Below are positions 28,110 to 39,300 of a stretch of DNA of 64,000 nt, piece by piece. Numbering within the stretch: position 1 is the stretch's first letter; every line of letters starts with the position of its first letter. Below the pieces are notes generated by a model. It worked only from the letters and a program-made list of their open reading frames with translations. It had not been told where the DNA came from and did no database searches. The DNA comes from Sedimentisphaerales bacterium (GTDB lineage: Bacteria > Planctomycetota > Phycisphaerae > Sedimentisphaerales > Anaerobacaceae). Both the position numbers and the translations under genes were made by a program. The stretch covers positions 224,001 to 288,000 of the forward strand of contig OY970194.1 of assembly GCA_963708075.1 (NCBI GenBank). Direction: 5' to 3'.

Positions 28110-28697
28110 CTACGATTTGGATCTGGCGAAGCTCAACAGTAGGCCGAACTCGCCATCATCTGCTTCGTGCAAAGCATCAAAGTATTTCTTCCTTAGCTCA
28201 CCAACCTGCTCCAGAGGACCTCCTCCCCACGAAAACGCTGGCTTGCCCAGGACCCTCTGCATCAGAACATCAGCCATCAGCCTGGCGTGACGTCCGTTGC
28301 CGTTAGGAAATGGATGAATCCAGACAAGCCTGTGGTGAAACCGCACGCCGATCTCGTCCTGAGGAAATATGGAGTGCTCAATCCAGTACCTCGCATCCGC
28401 ACACAGCTTCGGCACTTCATCCTGAATCTGCCAGACCTTGACGCCGAGGTTCTTCTCGGTCGTCCTGTACTGCCCCGCCCACGTCCACGTCTCGTCAAAC
28501 ATCTTCCTGTGCAACAGGCGCACAGATGGTTCGCTCAAGACGTCCCAAAGCCTCACTCGATTCAGCCACCGGTGCGCTCTGTCTATGTTCAGAGCTTCCC
28601 ATGTGTCCAGTTCACCACGCGTCACAATGTGGCCTGGGATCAGGCCTTGAAGCTCGTCCTCAGAAAGAGGAGTAGCTCCCTCAGGATACTGGATCAT
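28110..28697 (-). CDS. Mobile mystery protein B (Fic domain)
   Basis: GATPL N-terminus, HPFPNGNGRHAR Fic motif, ATGA-coupled to the upstream HTH gene. Confidence 0.9.
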   Translation of the reverse strand: MIQYPEGATPLSEDELQGLIPGHIVTRGELDTWEALNIDRAHRWLNRVRLWDVLSEPSVRLLHRKMFDETWTWAGQYRTTEKNLGVKVWQIQDEVPKLCADARYWIEHSIFPQDEIGVRFHHRLVWIHPFPNGNGRHARLMADVLMQRVLGKPAFSWGGGPLEQVGELRKKYFDALHEADDGEFGLLLSFARSKS

Positions 28698-29164
28698 TCG
28701 TCCTCCCACAATGGGACGCTGGTATCGTTCAGGATGGTGTCAACCATTCCGTCTATTAGCTCAGCCTTATCTTGGTCATTTAGGCCCTGTCCTTCGAGAG
28801 TCATCGTGAGCGACGTTTGTTTGAGGCGTGCTTCAGCGATCTTCTTCGCCTGATCCCTGACAGTTTCTTCAAGGCTGGTCTTCGGAACAATCCAGTATAC
28901 GAATGAACAGTCCATTGCCTTTGCCACGTCGCTCATGGTCTTCAGCGTCAGGTTTCCCAAGAGTTCATCCTTCTCAATCCATGCAACTCGCTGCCTGGAC
29001 ACGCCAAGGCGCTTGCCAAGTTGTGCGCCACTCATCCGTAGCGCCTGGCGCACAGACCGTATCCAGCCCCCGCGCGGGCGAGGTGATTTACGCATGGCCT
29101 CCTGGGCCAGCCTCAATTGCTTGGTCAATTGGCTTCTCATGAGCTTATTCGTCTGCGCATCCAT
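28694..29164 (-). CDS. Mobile mystery protein A (XRE-type HTH)
   Basis: PRGGWIRSVRQALRMSGAQLGKRLGVS...TMTLEGQ...LWE. Confidence 0.9.
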   Translation of the reverse strand: MDAQTNKLMRSQLTKQLRLAQEAMRKSPRPRGGWIRSVRQALRMSGAQLGKRLGVSRQRVAWIEKDELLGNLTLKTMSDVAKAMDCSFVYWIVPKTSLEETVRDQAKKIAEARLKQTSLTMTLEGQGLNDQDKAELIDGMVDTILNDTSVPLWEDE

Positions 29165-29202
29165 GATGATTCTCCTGGAACTTGAGGCAGGTCAGCGACT
29201 CC

Positions 29203-29288
29203 TGTCAATATATATATTGACAAGTTGGCCCTGCTTGTCAACATATATATTGACAAAAGTGCGGCATTTGTCAACATATATATTGACA
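29203..29288. promoter_or_regulatory. Three 20-bp palindromic operators at a 33-bp period
   Basis: TGTCAA(T/C)ATATATATTGACA at 29203, 29236, 29269. Confidence 0.75.
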
Positions 29289-29349
29289 TATCGGCGTCTT
29301 CTCGCTATATCATTAGGCTGTATTGCCCTGCCAATGCGAATAGATGGAA

Positions 29350-29481
29350 TGGCCTGTAGTATATATACTACAGGCCAATCCCTACACGCTTCAAAGAGCC
29401 CCCGTTCCCAGGCTTCTTTTCCCCGAAAATGGGCTGATGAGCTTGTCTCCCGGGTGCTGTAGTATATATACTACAGCACCC
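29350..29481. promoter_or_regulatory. Two perfect palindromes (28 and 30 bp) sharing the core CTGTAGTATATATACTACAG
   Basis: 29350-29377 and 29452-29481, upstream of the AbiEi-like gene. Confidence 0.7.
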
Positions 29482-30039
29482 AGGCAGACGCATCTTCTGT
29501 CGCGGGTGAGCAACACAAGCATTGTGTGAAACAGGTGGCCAACGGGATCCTTGCTTATGCCAGCCGAATTGAAAACAGCAAGACCAGACATAATCAAGTA
29601 CTTGGACTCACTACCGCGACAGGTATTTGATAGGAGCGATATCGAAACCGTTCTTCAGGAGCAAGGAGATTCTTGGCACCTAGCGAAAACCACCACGACA
29701 GAGACCTTCATCTCGTTTCTTGAGGACAGAACGCAACTCCATATTGAGAGGTTTGATTTCTCGTATCGGCCTATTACTAAGTATGTGTGGGGAAAGGTGC
29801 CTCTGTACACGCTGCTCCTATCACTAAGGCCCGGCTGCTATCTGACGCACTCTAGCGCTATGTACTTCCACAAGCTGACCGACCGAATCCCCGAGGTCAT
29901 CAACATCAACGTCGAACAGGCACCGAAGCCACGCTACGGATCATCCGAACTTGATCAGGAGGGCATTGATCTTGCGTTTGCGAATCCCACCAGGATGTCC
30001 CACAATACCGCCGAGTATGAGGGATGGCCTGCCCCCGGA

Positions 30040-30927
30040 TTATGTGCCAGCTCGAATTAGAGAGTTAACGACAACTTCTTGCCTGTTTGGCGTAGGCGCA
30101 GGCCCCGCCCAAGCCGGAGCCGAAGCCAAACAGGCGGCGGCGAATGCCGCCGGGGTTGCGTAATTCAGCGAACTGTGCGGCCGGTGATGATTGTACCGCA
30201 GACGATAATCCTCCACCAGTACCTTGGCCTCCCGAAGGTTTCCAAACACCTCCGTGTTCAGCAGCTCATCCCGCAGGCGGCTGTTGAACGACTCGATGTA
30301 CGCGTTCTCCCACGGGCTGCCCGGGGCAATGTACAGCGTGCCGACTCCCGATGTCTTGAGCCACGCCTGGACCGCTTCGGCCACGAACTCCGGCCCGTTG
30401 TCACTGCGCAGGTACTGCGGTGACCCACGCACCGCGAACAGATAGTCCAATGTGGCGATCACATCCTGGCTCTTGATGCGGCGAGCCACCTCGATCGTCA
30501 GACTCTCGCGCGTGTACTCATCCAGGACCACCAGCAGCTTGAGCCGCCGACCGTCGGCGGTCTGGTCCGTCACGAAATCATAGCTCCACACGTGGTTGAT
30601 GTGCTCGGCTTTTCGCCGCAGGCAACCATTCTGCGAATCGCCCAGCCGCTTGCGTTTTCCCTTCTTCTCAGGCACTTTCAAGCCCTCCTGACGCCAGAGT
30701 CGATACACCCGTTTGCGATTGACCGACCAACCCTCGGCCCGCAATAGAGCCGTGATCCGCCGGTAGCCGTAGCGCGGATGCCTGCGGCTCAGCCGCTGCA
30801 TCGCACCGACCAGAGCCTTGTCCTGATCCACCCGACACGGCCGATACCGCTGCGTGCCCCGCGGCTGGCCCAGCGACTGGCACACCCGACGCTGCGAGAC
30901 CTCCAGGCGTTGACACACATGCTCCAC
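30040..30927 (-). CDS. IS3 transposase OrfB (DDE)
   Basis: [45 protein letters not shown] -1 slippery site at the end of orfA. Confidence 0.95.
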   Translation of the reverse strand: MEHVCQRLEVSQRRVCQSLGQPRGTQRYRPCRVDQDKALVGAMQRLSRRHPRYGYRRITALLRAEGWSVNRKRVYRLWRQEGLKVPEKKGKRKRLGDSQNGCLRRKAEHINHVWSYDFVTDQTADGRRLKLLVVLDEYTRESLTIEVARRIKSQDVIATLDYLFAVRGSPQYLRSDNGPEFVAEAVQAWLKTSGVGTLYIAPGSPWENAYIESFNSRLRDELLNTEVFGNLREAKVLVEDYRLRYNHHRPHSSLNYATPAAFAAACLASAPAWAGPAPTPNRQEVVVNSLIRAGT

Positions 30928-30950
30928 CGCCTCTCGCCGCCGCGTCGGGC

Positions 30951-31226
30951 TCAGTATTTTCCCTCAAGGGCCTCCTTCAGAATCGCCTTGTCCAGCGACA
31001 GGTCCGCCACCAGCTTCTTGAGCCGAGCGTTCTCCTTTTGCAGATCCTTCAGCCGCCGGGCCTGATCGACCTTCAGGTGGCCGTAGCTCTTGCGCCAGTT
31101 GTAATACGTCGCGTCGCTGACGCCGAACTCGCGACAGACCTCCTCGACGGTCTTGCCCTCCGCGATCTTGCCCTCGGCCTCACGCAGAAATTTCACGATC
31201 TGTTCCGGACTGTACTTCTGCTTCAT
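30951..31226 (-). CDS. IS3 transposase OrfA (HTH)
   Basis: YSPEQIV...[11 protein letters not shown]...[15 protein letters not shown]. Confidence 0.95.
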   Translation of the reverse strand: MKQKYSPEQIVKFLREAEGKIAEGKTVEEVCREFGVSDATYYNWRKSYGHLKVDQARRLKDLQKENARLKKLVADLSLDKAILKEALEGKY

Positions 31227-31817
31227 CGGGGTATCCTTTCTGTAAATCCCAACCTATTCTAACGGATACCCTCTAACCCTCACTGGCACATTTTCTCGGG
31301 GGCAGGCCAGGGACACACGATACGTCTGCTAAATGGACTGCATACCGGGCACACCGGAGTGATCGAGATGCCTGGTCCGGAAGGAGAGATGCTCCCAATT
31401 ACAGACGTCGAGCGAACTCTCATCGATATAGCGGTAAGACCCGAGTATAGTGGCGGAGTGTTCGAGGTACTGGAAGCCTACAAGCGCGCGACTAATAGGG
31501 TCTCCATCGAGAGACTGACGGGCCACTTGAAGAGAATCGATTACGTCTACCCCTATCATCAGGTCATTGGCTTCTATCTTACCAAGGCAGGGTCCTACCC
31601 AAAATCGCAGATCGACCTGCTGCGTGAGTTTGCGATGGACTACGATTTCTACTTGATGCATGAAATTCAAGAGACGGAATACTCAAGCGAATGGCAGTTA
31701 TTCTTCCCCAAAGGTTTTGGACAATAGGAGGGAATTAAAGTGTCGGATACCGTTTCTTCTTCTGTACTTGCCGGTTCGTCCACCACTGACATGGCTTCGA
31801 TATTTCCATCGTCAGCG

Positions 31818-32273
31818 TTAGTGCGGGGCTTCTTTGGCCTTTTGCAGGGCTTTTAGAGCCTCCTGGGTGTAGACATAGACCGTGACCTCTTTTTCAGAGG
31901 TTTCCTCACCGTTAAAAGCAAGCGTCACCTGATGCATGCCAATCTGCTGCGGTTTAGGTCTCCATAGGATGTAATCCTCGCCGTCTCTTCTTCTCAGTTT
32001 CATCCCCGAAGGACAAGGTCTCTTCAGGCGGACGCTGCACTTGGGCGGGCGGTCGATCTTTATCATGTAGATGTTATCAGTTGCTTTTCGATTGGGACGG
32101 TCGTTGATTTCCAGGAAGACCTTGCCCTCTACATTCACCGCGACTTCCATGGCCGCCAAGGCCAGAGCGCTGTCCTTGGCACGGAGCAGACAAGGCAAAG
32201 ATATGCTGAGTAGTACGAGGATGATGGACATCACGACCAGCAGTTCAAGGAGGGTGAATCCTTTTCGTTCCAT
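31818..32273 (-). CDS. Prepilin-type N-terminal cleavage/methylation domain protein
   Basis: KGFTLLELLVVMSII. Confidence 0.8.
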   Translation of the reverse strand: MERKGFTLLELLVVMSIILVLLSISLPCLLRAKDSALALAAMEVAVNVEGKVFLEINDRPNRKATDNIYMIKIDRPPKCSVRLKRPCPSGMKLRRRDGEDYILWRPKPQQIGMHQVTLAFNGEETSEKEVTVYVYTQEALKALQKAKEAPH

Positions 32274-32698
32274 AGTTGGTCCCCTTAAACTGCGATCGGT
32301 TTCTTTGTATCCGGCTTAGCTGGGCTATACACGATACACACACTCTTCCTGAGATGGCACACAACAGAAATCCGCCGCGTTTATGTTAGGCTGGGGGCCG
32401 GCGGAATTCAAGGAAATCGTGGGAAGAAAAGCAGGCAGGGGGGGGCCAGCGGGCTTCCCGGGGGGAATTCTGGGGACGCCATACTTACTGCCGGCGGGGT
32501 TTGGGTCATGTTGGTCGGGGGGCTGGCGTGGGAGGCGGAGGAGAGAGCGGGGCAGGCCATCGAAGCCTCACCTTGCCGATTGTGCTTGCATTTCCGCCAT
32601 CTTGTGCATAGAATAGTGGTAGAGTGCCTTGGTCTTTCAGGCGGAGAAAGGACGTGGTTGCCCGAGAACCTCAGCGGAATATAGGGAGGATCAACGGT

Positions 32699-34096
32699 AT
32701 GCGGCGTGACATCAGCCTGCTCGTTTGGCTTGCCGGTGTAGTTGTCGGTTTTTGCTGCCCAGCGTCCCCCGGCGCGAATGTGGCGCTCTGGTCGCAAACG
32801 AGCCCGAGCTACGTACCGCCGTCGGATGAGATCCGCGACAAACTGGCGATATGGCCGCCGGAGGTCGCAAAGAACCTGACCTACTATGTGAAGATCGAAG
32901 CGCCGACGGAGATGGCAGGGAAGTTGGGAGAGGTGCTGGGGCATGCCATGTCGGTGTGGGAGAGCGCGGCCAATATCACGTTCGTGCCGGTGGCGGATCA
33001 GAATGCAGCCCATCTGGTGGTGAACATCGAGTACCATGCCGGGGGGGGCCATTACCATGGAGGCGGCAACGCCTGGCCGCCGGTCCGGCGTGCCGATGGG
33101 ACGTTTGAAACCAGCCACTTGAACCTGTATTTCGGTGGAGAGCCCGACCAGGCAACCGACTGGCGCGAGGAGTCCTGGGTATGGACGGCGGCACATGAGC
33201 TGGGACATGCCCTGGGGTTGTGGCACGAGTTTGAGCGCCCCGACCGCGACCAGTACATACGTATGTATCCCGGACAAAAGCTGCTGCCGGTCATCGAACA
33301 TGAGAAAGGTTTCACGGCGGACACGGCTTTGGACTATGCCTCGCTCATGATGTATGCCTGGACCGACAGCGATCGCCAGCCGTACTATTACCTGGCGTCG
33401 CCGGATCGCGCAGCCATTCCCTTGCCGACTGTCAGTTACTATCAAAGGAATGGTCTGTCGGTTGGGGATGCATGGATCATCCAGTGGCTTTACGGCAAAG
33501 CCCCCGATCGAGAGCCGATGGTCCATCAGGAACCCCGCCGTGACGACACGCCCTTGGTGGAATGGCAGAAGGCGGGATGGAATGCTGTGAATGCGCCGGG
33601 CACACAGATCTATGGCTGCGACGGGTGGGTGGTGATAGAGGCGGAGTACGGCCTCAATGACCATTGGACTTGGGGAGGCAATCCCCCTCGCCTGGAGAAA
33701 CGCATCGATCCGCGGCCGTTTCAAATGTCGGTGGAGGTGAAGGCCGAATACGTTCCCGCCCAAACGCATGCAGGGATCTTCGTCATCCTTGGCCCAAAGG
33801 ATTGGATTTACTTTGGTTCATTCGAGAATCCGCGCCAGATATGCGTGCAACGCACCGGCCAGGGGCTCAGCCCGGCCGTCAACATCAGCTCTAACAGTTT
33901 TCAACTGCACGTCCTCTACACTGGCGGACGTCTGAGCTTCGCCTGTACGGAGGGAGACGACACATGGGAAGTTGGGACATTTACCGGCCTGCCCGTGCCT
34001 GGGCAACTCGGCATGGGAATAAAGACCTGGGATTTTGGCGAACTCGGATATCGGCGCATATTGTTCCGGAACGTGTCCTTTTCGCTCTTGAGATAG
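32699..34096 (+). CDS. M12 (astacin-like) zinc metallopeptidase with C-terminal beta-sandwich domain
   Basis: HELGHALGLWHEFERPDRD and Met-turn DYASLMMY; signal peptide. Confidence 0.85.
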   Translation: MRRDISLLVWLAGVVVGFCCPASPGANVALWSQTSPSYVPPSDEIRDKLAIWPPEVAKNLTYYVKIEAPTEMAGKLGEVLGHAMSVWESAANITFVPVADQNAAHLVVNIEYHAGGGHYHGGGNAWPPVRRADGTFETSHLNLYFGGEPDQATDWREESWVWTAAHELGHALGLWHEFERPDRDQYIRMYPGQKLLPVIEHEKGFTADTALDYASLMMYAWTDSDRQPYYYLASPDRAAIPLPTVSYYQRNGLSVGDAWIIQWLYGKAPDREPMVHQEPRRDDTPLVEWQKAGWNAVNAPGTQIYGCDGWVVIEAEYGLNDHWTWGGNPPRLEKRIDPRPFQMSVEVKAEYVPAQTHAGIFVILGPKDWIYFGSFENPRQICVQRTGQGLSPAVNISSNSFQLHVLYTGGRLSFACTEGDDTWEVGTFTGLPVPGQLGMGIKTWDFGELGYRRILFRNVSFSLLR

Positions 34097-34138
34097 GGGG
34101 AATTGGGCCGGGCCGAGTCCCACTGAAGGAGCGGTTTC

Positions 34139-36178
34139 TTACCTCTGGCCAAGTGGCGCGGGCGGGACGGCGGGGAGGGTGACGGTGAAGGTGCTGCCTT
34201 GGGTGGGTTTGCTTTCGACGCTGATCGTGCCCTGATGGGCGTCGATGATGAATTTGGCGATGCTCAGGCCCAGGCCGCAGCCTTCGGCTCGGCGGGACAG
34301 GCTTCGATCCACCTGGTAGAAACGCCTGAAGATCTTCTTGAACGCCCGGCGCGGGATGCCGAGGCCATTGTCGCGGACGGTGAAACACACTTTGCCGTTG
34401 TCGCTCACGACGCTCAGCTTGATCTGCTTGTTGTCATAGGAGTACTTGTAGGCGTTGTCCAGCAGGTTCACTAAGACGGTGACCATGGCGTCGTGGTCGG
34501 CCTTGATCGTGGGCAGGTCCTCGGGGATGTCGGTTTCGAATTGGCATGAGCCCCGGCTGAACTTCGTCTTGACCGCCTGGGCGGCTGTTTGGGCGATGCT
34601 CGCCGGGCTGACCGGCCGCATCTGGAACGCCTGCTTGTTCCGCTCCATCCGCGAGAAGGTCAGGAAATTATCGATCAGCCGGCTGAGCCGCTCGTTCTCC
34701 CTCGCGACAAGCTGCAGGTACTCCATCACCTGCTGGGGATTGCGATAGTTGCCTTCGAGTAGCGTGTCCACCAGGACTCGCATAGAGGCCAGCGGGGTCT
34801 TGAGTTCGTGCGTGACCGTGGCGATGAAGTCGTTCTTGAGCCGGTTGAGCTTGACCTGCTTGCCGATGCTCTTGGCGGCCACGACGCCGGAGGCCAGGAT
34901 CAGTCCGATCACCAGCACGCCCGTCCAGGTGTACAGGGCAATCCGCTCATCGGCGGCCCTCTGAAGAATACCGGCGTCCTTGAAAAACAACTGGGTCGTC
35001 CAATCGGGGAAATACCGGCTGACAGGCTGCGTAGCGAAGGGCTCACGATCTGTCTCGCTGACTCCGGCGATGAGCCTTCCGGCTTCATCGACGATCTGAT
35101 AATCGACGTTCCTGTCCTGGAACTTGCGGGCATAGTCGCCGAGCGTGCGGGTGACATCCTTGCTGGATAGCAGCGCCGCACAGATTCCCCGGCTCGTCCT
35201 GCGGGCGACCGCGTAGAAAGCGGTGTCCGCGACCTTGACCGGCTGAAGCCGGTTCGGCTCCCAGCCGTCGAGCAGGTCGGTCGTCGGAAACTGCTCGGCA
35301 AACCGGATGGAGCGTTCCTCCACCTCGATGAGTCTCTCGATGCTGGCGCCATGAAGCAGGTCGGCGTTTTTGTCGAGCAGTCCGGTTTCGCTGCCGATCT
35401 CCAGGACTTTGCGGGCGAGGAAGAGGTTTTCGTCGGCGGGCAGGGCAAAGCCGGCGCCATTGGCGTTGTACAGCATGGCCAGTAGCTTGCGGAAGGTCTC
35501 CTCGTAGAGCGGCGAGTAGGCCGGATTGCTGCGCGTCCAGCCGAGCAGCAGCAGCCGGGCACTGGCAATCAGGGCCAGGCTGCGCGAATCCCCCGTCTCC
35601 GCCAGGGGGCTGAAGGCCGCCCGCTGCTTGCACTCGTTGATGGCCTGATCGAGATTGCCGAGTTTCACCAGGCAGCGGCTCTTGCCGATGCAGGCCGCCA
35701 GTCGGCCGTGATCATCGCTGATTCGTGAATACTCCTCATACCGGTCCGCCGCCTGTTGGTATTCCTGCTTGATGAACTCCAGCTCCCAGGCGTCGGCGAA
35801 GTCCTCAGACGGGCGATTGCCCGCGTCCACGGAGATGGCAGGGTAAAGGCGGTTGCCGGTTCCGTCGTACACGAGCAGCGCGTCATAGTCGCTCTGGACA
35901 GCGGCCGAGACAAGCTGCCGGTAGAAATGGACCGATGGCCTTCGCTCCAGGAGCTTGCAGTACTCGACCCATTGCTCCTCAGCTTTGGCCGTCGCTTCGG
36001 TCAACTGGTTCTCATAGGGTGTGACGAGCCTCTGCCGGACCGCCAGCCGCTCGCTCTTGACGACCTCGCTCATGAACCACAACAGGCAGACCGTCGGCAG
36101 GATCACCGCCACGCTCAGCAGCAGTACGACCCATCGAAACTGCCCAAAACCCGGATTCAGATGATGCAGGATTCTCAT
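34139..36178 (-). CDS. Membrane sensor histidine kinase
   Basis: Two TM helices, THELKTPL H-box, NLLDNAYKYS, DNGLGI, GCGLGLSI. Confidence 0.95.
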   Translation of the reverse strand: MRILHHLNPGFGQFRWVVLLLSVAVILPTVCLLWFMSEVVKSERLAVRQRLVTPYENQLTEATAKAEEQWVEYCKLLERRPSVHFYRQLVSAAVQSDYDALLVYDGTGNRLYPAISVDAGNRPSEDFADAWELEFIKQEYQQAADRYEEYSRISDDHGRLAACIGKSRCLVKLGNLDQAINECKQRAAFSPLAETGDSRSLALIASARLLLLGWTRSNPAYSPLYEETFRKLLAMLYNANGAGFALPADENLFLARKVLEIGSETGLLDKNADLLHGASIERLIEVEERSIRFAEQFPTTDLLDGWEPNRLQPVKVADTAFYAVARRTSRGICAALLSSKDVTRTLGDYARKFQDRNVDYQIVDEAGRLIAGVSETDREPFATQPVSRYFPDWTTQLFFKDAGILQRAADERIALYTWTGVLVIGLILASGVVAAKSIGKQVKLNRLKNDFIATVTHELKTPLASMRVLVDTLLEGNYRNPQQVMEYLQLVARENERLSRLIDNFLTFSRMERNKQAFQMRPVSPASIAQTAAQAVKTKFSRGSCQFETDIPEDLPTIKADHDAMVTVLVNLLDNAYKYSYDNKQIKLSVVSDNGKVCFTVRDNGLGIPRRAFKKIFRRFYQVDRSLSRRAEGCGLGLSIAKFIIDAHQGTISVESKPTQGSTFTVTLPAVPPAPLGQR

Positions 36179-36348
36179 AAGACAGTCACATCGGCAGCCA
36201 CGATACCCGGACTCATTCCATTCCTATCGACCACTGACACCTGTGTGCCACAATTATACTGCATCGCCGCGATACTCACGGCGAAAATGCGAGCGGGAGG
36301 CCGAGACGTGTCCGGCCTCCCGCGACTCTCTATTCCTTTATGGAAGGA

Positions 36349-39300
36349 TCATTTTCCTTCGTAGAGTTGGCGGACCTGGGCTTCGGGCAGGCCGAAGTTG
36401 TAGATGCGGAGATCGTCAATCAAGCCGTTCCAGAAGCGGTCCTGCATCTGCGTATTCGCCCCGATCTGGACGAGCGCATCATTCTCGTTGATGGGGCCCG
36501 ATGCTTCCTGGGAGGTATCGAGAGTCCCGTCGACATACACGTACATTTTCTTGCCGTCGTAAGCCCCGGCGATGTGGTGCCATTCGCGGAGGCTGATGCT
36601 CCGCGTGCCGAACAGGCTGCCATAGGGGCTGCCGCTGGGGATGCGAACGCCAGTGCAGGCGAATTCCAGCATGTCGGTCTCATTGTTCCTCTGAATCCTC
36701 CAGGCGTTGTCACCCTTCGTGACGATGGCCTGCCAGGGTTTGTCCAGAGCATCGGCCTTGATCCACGCGGCGATGGTGACGCCGGAGGTGAAATCGAATG
36801 CAGATTCGTTGGCCACGTCGAGGAAGTCGCCGTCGCCGCCGAGGTCGATAGCGCCGCCGAGCTTGCCGCCCGCGGGTTGCCAGTCGGGATTGCCCTGCAC
36901 GGTTGCTTCATTGCCGTTACCGGAGGCGTCGGCCGCGGTCCGCCCCTCGGACTCATCGAGCTTCCACCAGGCGACCAGGCCGGCCAGCTCGATCGTGCCC
37001 AGTGCGTTCGGCTGCTGCCAGGCGATGTCATTTTCCGTGTGCCACATGAGCTTGGTGTCGCGGTCGCCGCCGTCATCATCGTCGTTCACGTGCACATCGA
37101 ACCCGATCCTCGTTCCGGTCCGGGCCGTGACACCCAGAGTGGACCAGGGGAATTTGATGAGAAAACGATAGCCCTTGTCGGTTGGAGTGGCGGTGGTCTC
37201 CACGCCCTCCATCTTGTTATGGCGGGACTCGCCCTGGCTGCTGGCGGCGGTGAATCGGGAGCCCTCCCAGGAGAAGTGGTATTGGTAGTCGTTGTCCTCA
37301 TAGACGGTGGACTTGCTGTTATCGGCATCGATGAAGACCTCGACACTGTCATCCAGCCAGAACTCCACGGAGTCGTCAATCGGCTTGTCGTCGATGACGT
37401 CCACGAGCAGGTAGAGAGCCTGTTTGTCCCACGCCGTCTTGAAGCTGGCCGACAGATCCTCGGGGGATGAGGGGGCGTTGTAGGCCACGTGCTCGATAGC
37501 TTGTGACGGCAGGGCGGCCCATTCCTTCTCGTCCTTTAACGTGAGGGGTTGGCTTGCCTGTGGAACGCTGAGCGCCATCTGGGCCTTCGCGGTTGCTGCA
37601 ACCACGCTCTCCTTGGCCTCCGCAATCATCTGCGCAAGTTGCCCGATGGCCCCAACGATCTGGTTCATTGGGGGCAGGTCGCTGACGCTCAGGCGGATGC
37701 CGAAGCTGTTCGGCTCTTCACTCGTCAGGAGCCGGATTGTGGTCTTGTCGGTGGCTTTAATCAACTCCTTGATGGACTGCTGCGCCTTCGCAGCGGCCTC
37801 TTCCGAGGGGAAGTGCACGTTCTGTGCGGCCAGTCCAAGGGCTCCGGCGACATTGATGGCGACGAGCTTGCTCGTCTTCGGCGACAGCGTCGCGATCGCG
37901 TCCTGCAGCTTGCCGCTGTTGACCACGGAGCTGTCCTGCTTCAGTGCCGTCACGGAGCTGCCAACCACCTGCGGGCTCAGGGACAGCACCATCGTCTTCG
38001 TCGAGTCATCGGTGTAGCCGATGAGTTTCATTTGGTTGGCCAGGGCGATCTCGTACTGTCCCGAAGCCGGCACCTCCTGTTGCGCATCGGGGGCAATCAG
38101 GTTTGCCGTCGTCAACAGCGTCATCAGCAACTGTTGTGTCTTCTGCGGCTCGCGACTGGTCACGGCCAAACCGATCGACTGGACGATCGGTGGGATCCCA
38201 CCCCATTCCGTCGTGGTTGTCGTCGCTGCCTTCCCCGGCACCAGGAACAGGCTGACCTGCTCGATATTGCCGAAGATCTGAGAGCCGATGTCCAGTCCCG
38301 TGGCCTTCTGGATCTGGCCGCCGGCGGCTTGCGCCTGTGGCGTGTCGGCCCCGCCCAGCGTCAGACTGACCAGGGCAATGGCGTCGGCCGGCACGGCTTT
38401 GAGAGCCGCCTTGTTCAGGTTCGGCGTGCGGATCAGGTTGTAGGCCATGGACTGGCTCCCGTCCTTGAAGTTGACGTTGGCCTCCAGAGCCGCACCCGTC
38501 TCACGCAGCGAGAACGTGGCGATCAAATCATCCACGTTCTTGAAATTGACCATATCGTTGGCCATCCGCAACTGCTGCGGAATCTGGTCCGCGGGCATGA
38601 CCTTCGACAGCCTCTGATACGTCTCGCCAACGTTCACCCAGAGCGTCAGGGCATTCTGCTGGCGGGCCTGCTTGCTGATCCGGACAAACGAAGCGTTGGC
38701 AGAGCCCAGCGAAGGCTGACGGGCGGACCCTTTGTACTGCTTGATCGACCACTCCAGCATTTCCGTGGCCTTGGGCGAAGGACTGACCACGATGAAGACC
38801 ATGTCGTCGTACGCGGCGCCGCCCCCATCGGCGAACTTCACGGTCGTCATGCCCTCCATGGGCGTGCTGCCCTGGCCGAGCATGCTGATTCCCATCGTGA
38901 GAAGGCCGCGAAGGGCGTCGCTGCGGCCGGGGAACAGCACGATAATCGCCGGCGGGTTGTTCTGAGAGATGTCGGTAAGCCCGATGCCGAGACCGCGAAT
39001 CTTCTTAAGCTCGGCCAGCATGGCGGGGTTCAGAATCTTGCCAACCATTTCTGCGGGACCGCCGCCACCGGAAGCAGGGGCCTGCCCGTTGTGCTCGCCG
39101 GTCTGGCCGGGGTCTTTCCCCATGTTGAGAGCGTTGAGCGGGTTCTCCAGGGGCGTGCCCTTGAGCATGTTGAGAATGGTCTCGACCTGCCGGCCCGGCG
39201 TGCCGATCTCAAGGTACACCAGCACCTCCGGCGGCATGAGGTTGGCCGGATCGGCGTTGCCAAGCTCCTCCAGCATGGGCTTGACCTTCTCCACAAGCTC

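Larger units (their letters stand above)
30025..31309 (-). mobile_element. IS3-family insertion sequence (IS407-like), 1285 bp
   Basis: TG..CA ends, IRs TGGCCTGCCCCCG...TGTGCCA, 4-bp target duplication GGGA (30021-24 / 31310-13). Confidence 0.95.
29557..31727 (+). pseudogene. AbiEi-like (type IV TA antitoxin-family) gene interrupted by IS3
   Basis: Removing the IS and one GGGA restores the frame ...NTAEYEGHTIRLLNG...ITDVERTLIDIAVRPEYSGG... Confidence 0.75.

Noticed and set aside
26000..34100. Prophage or integrative element
   Set aside because: No integrase, structural, replication or conjugation genes, and no att pair found.
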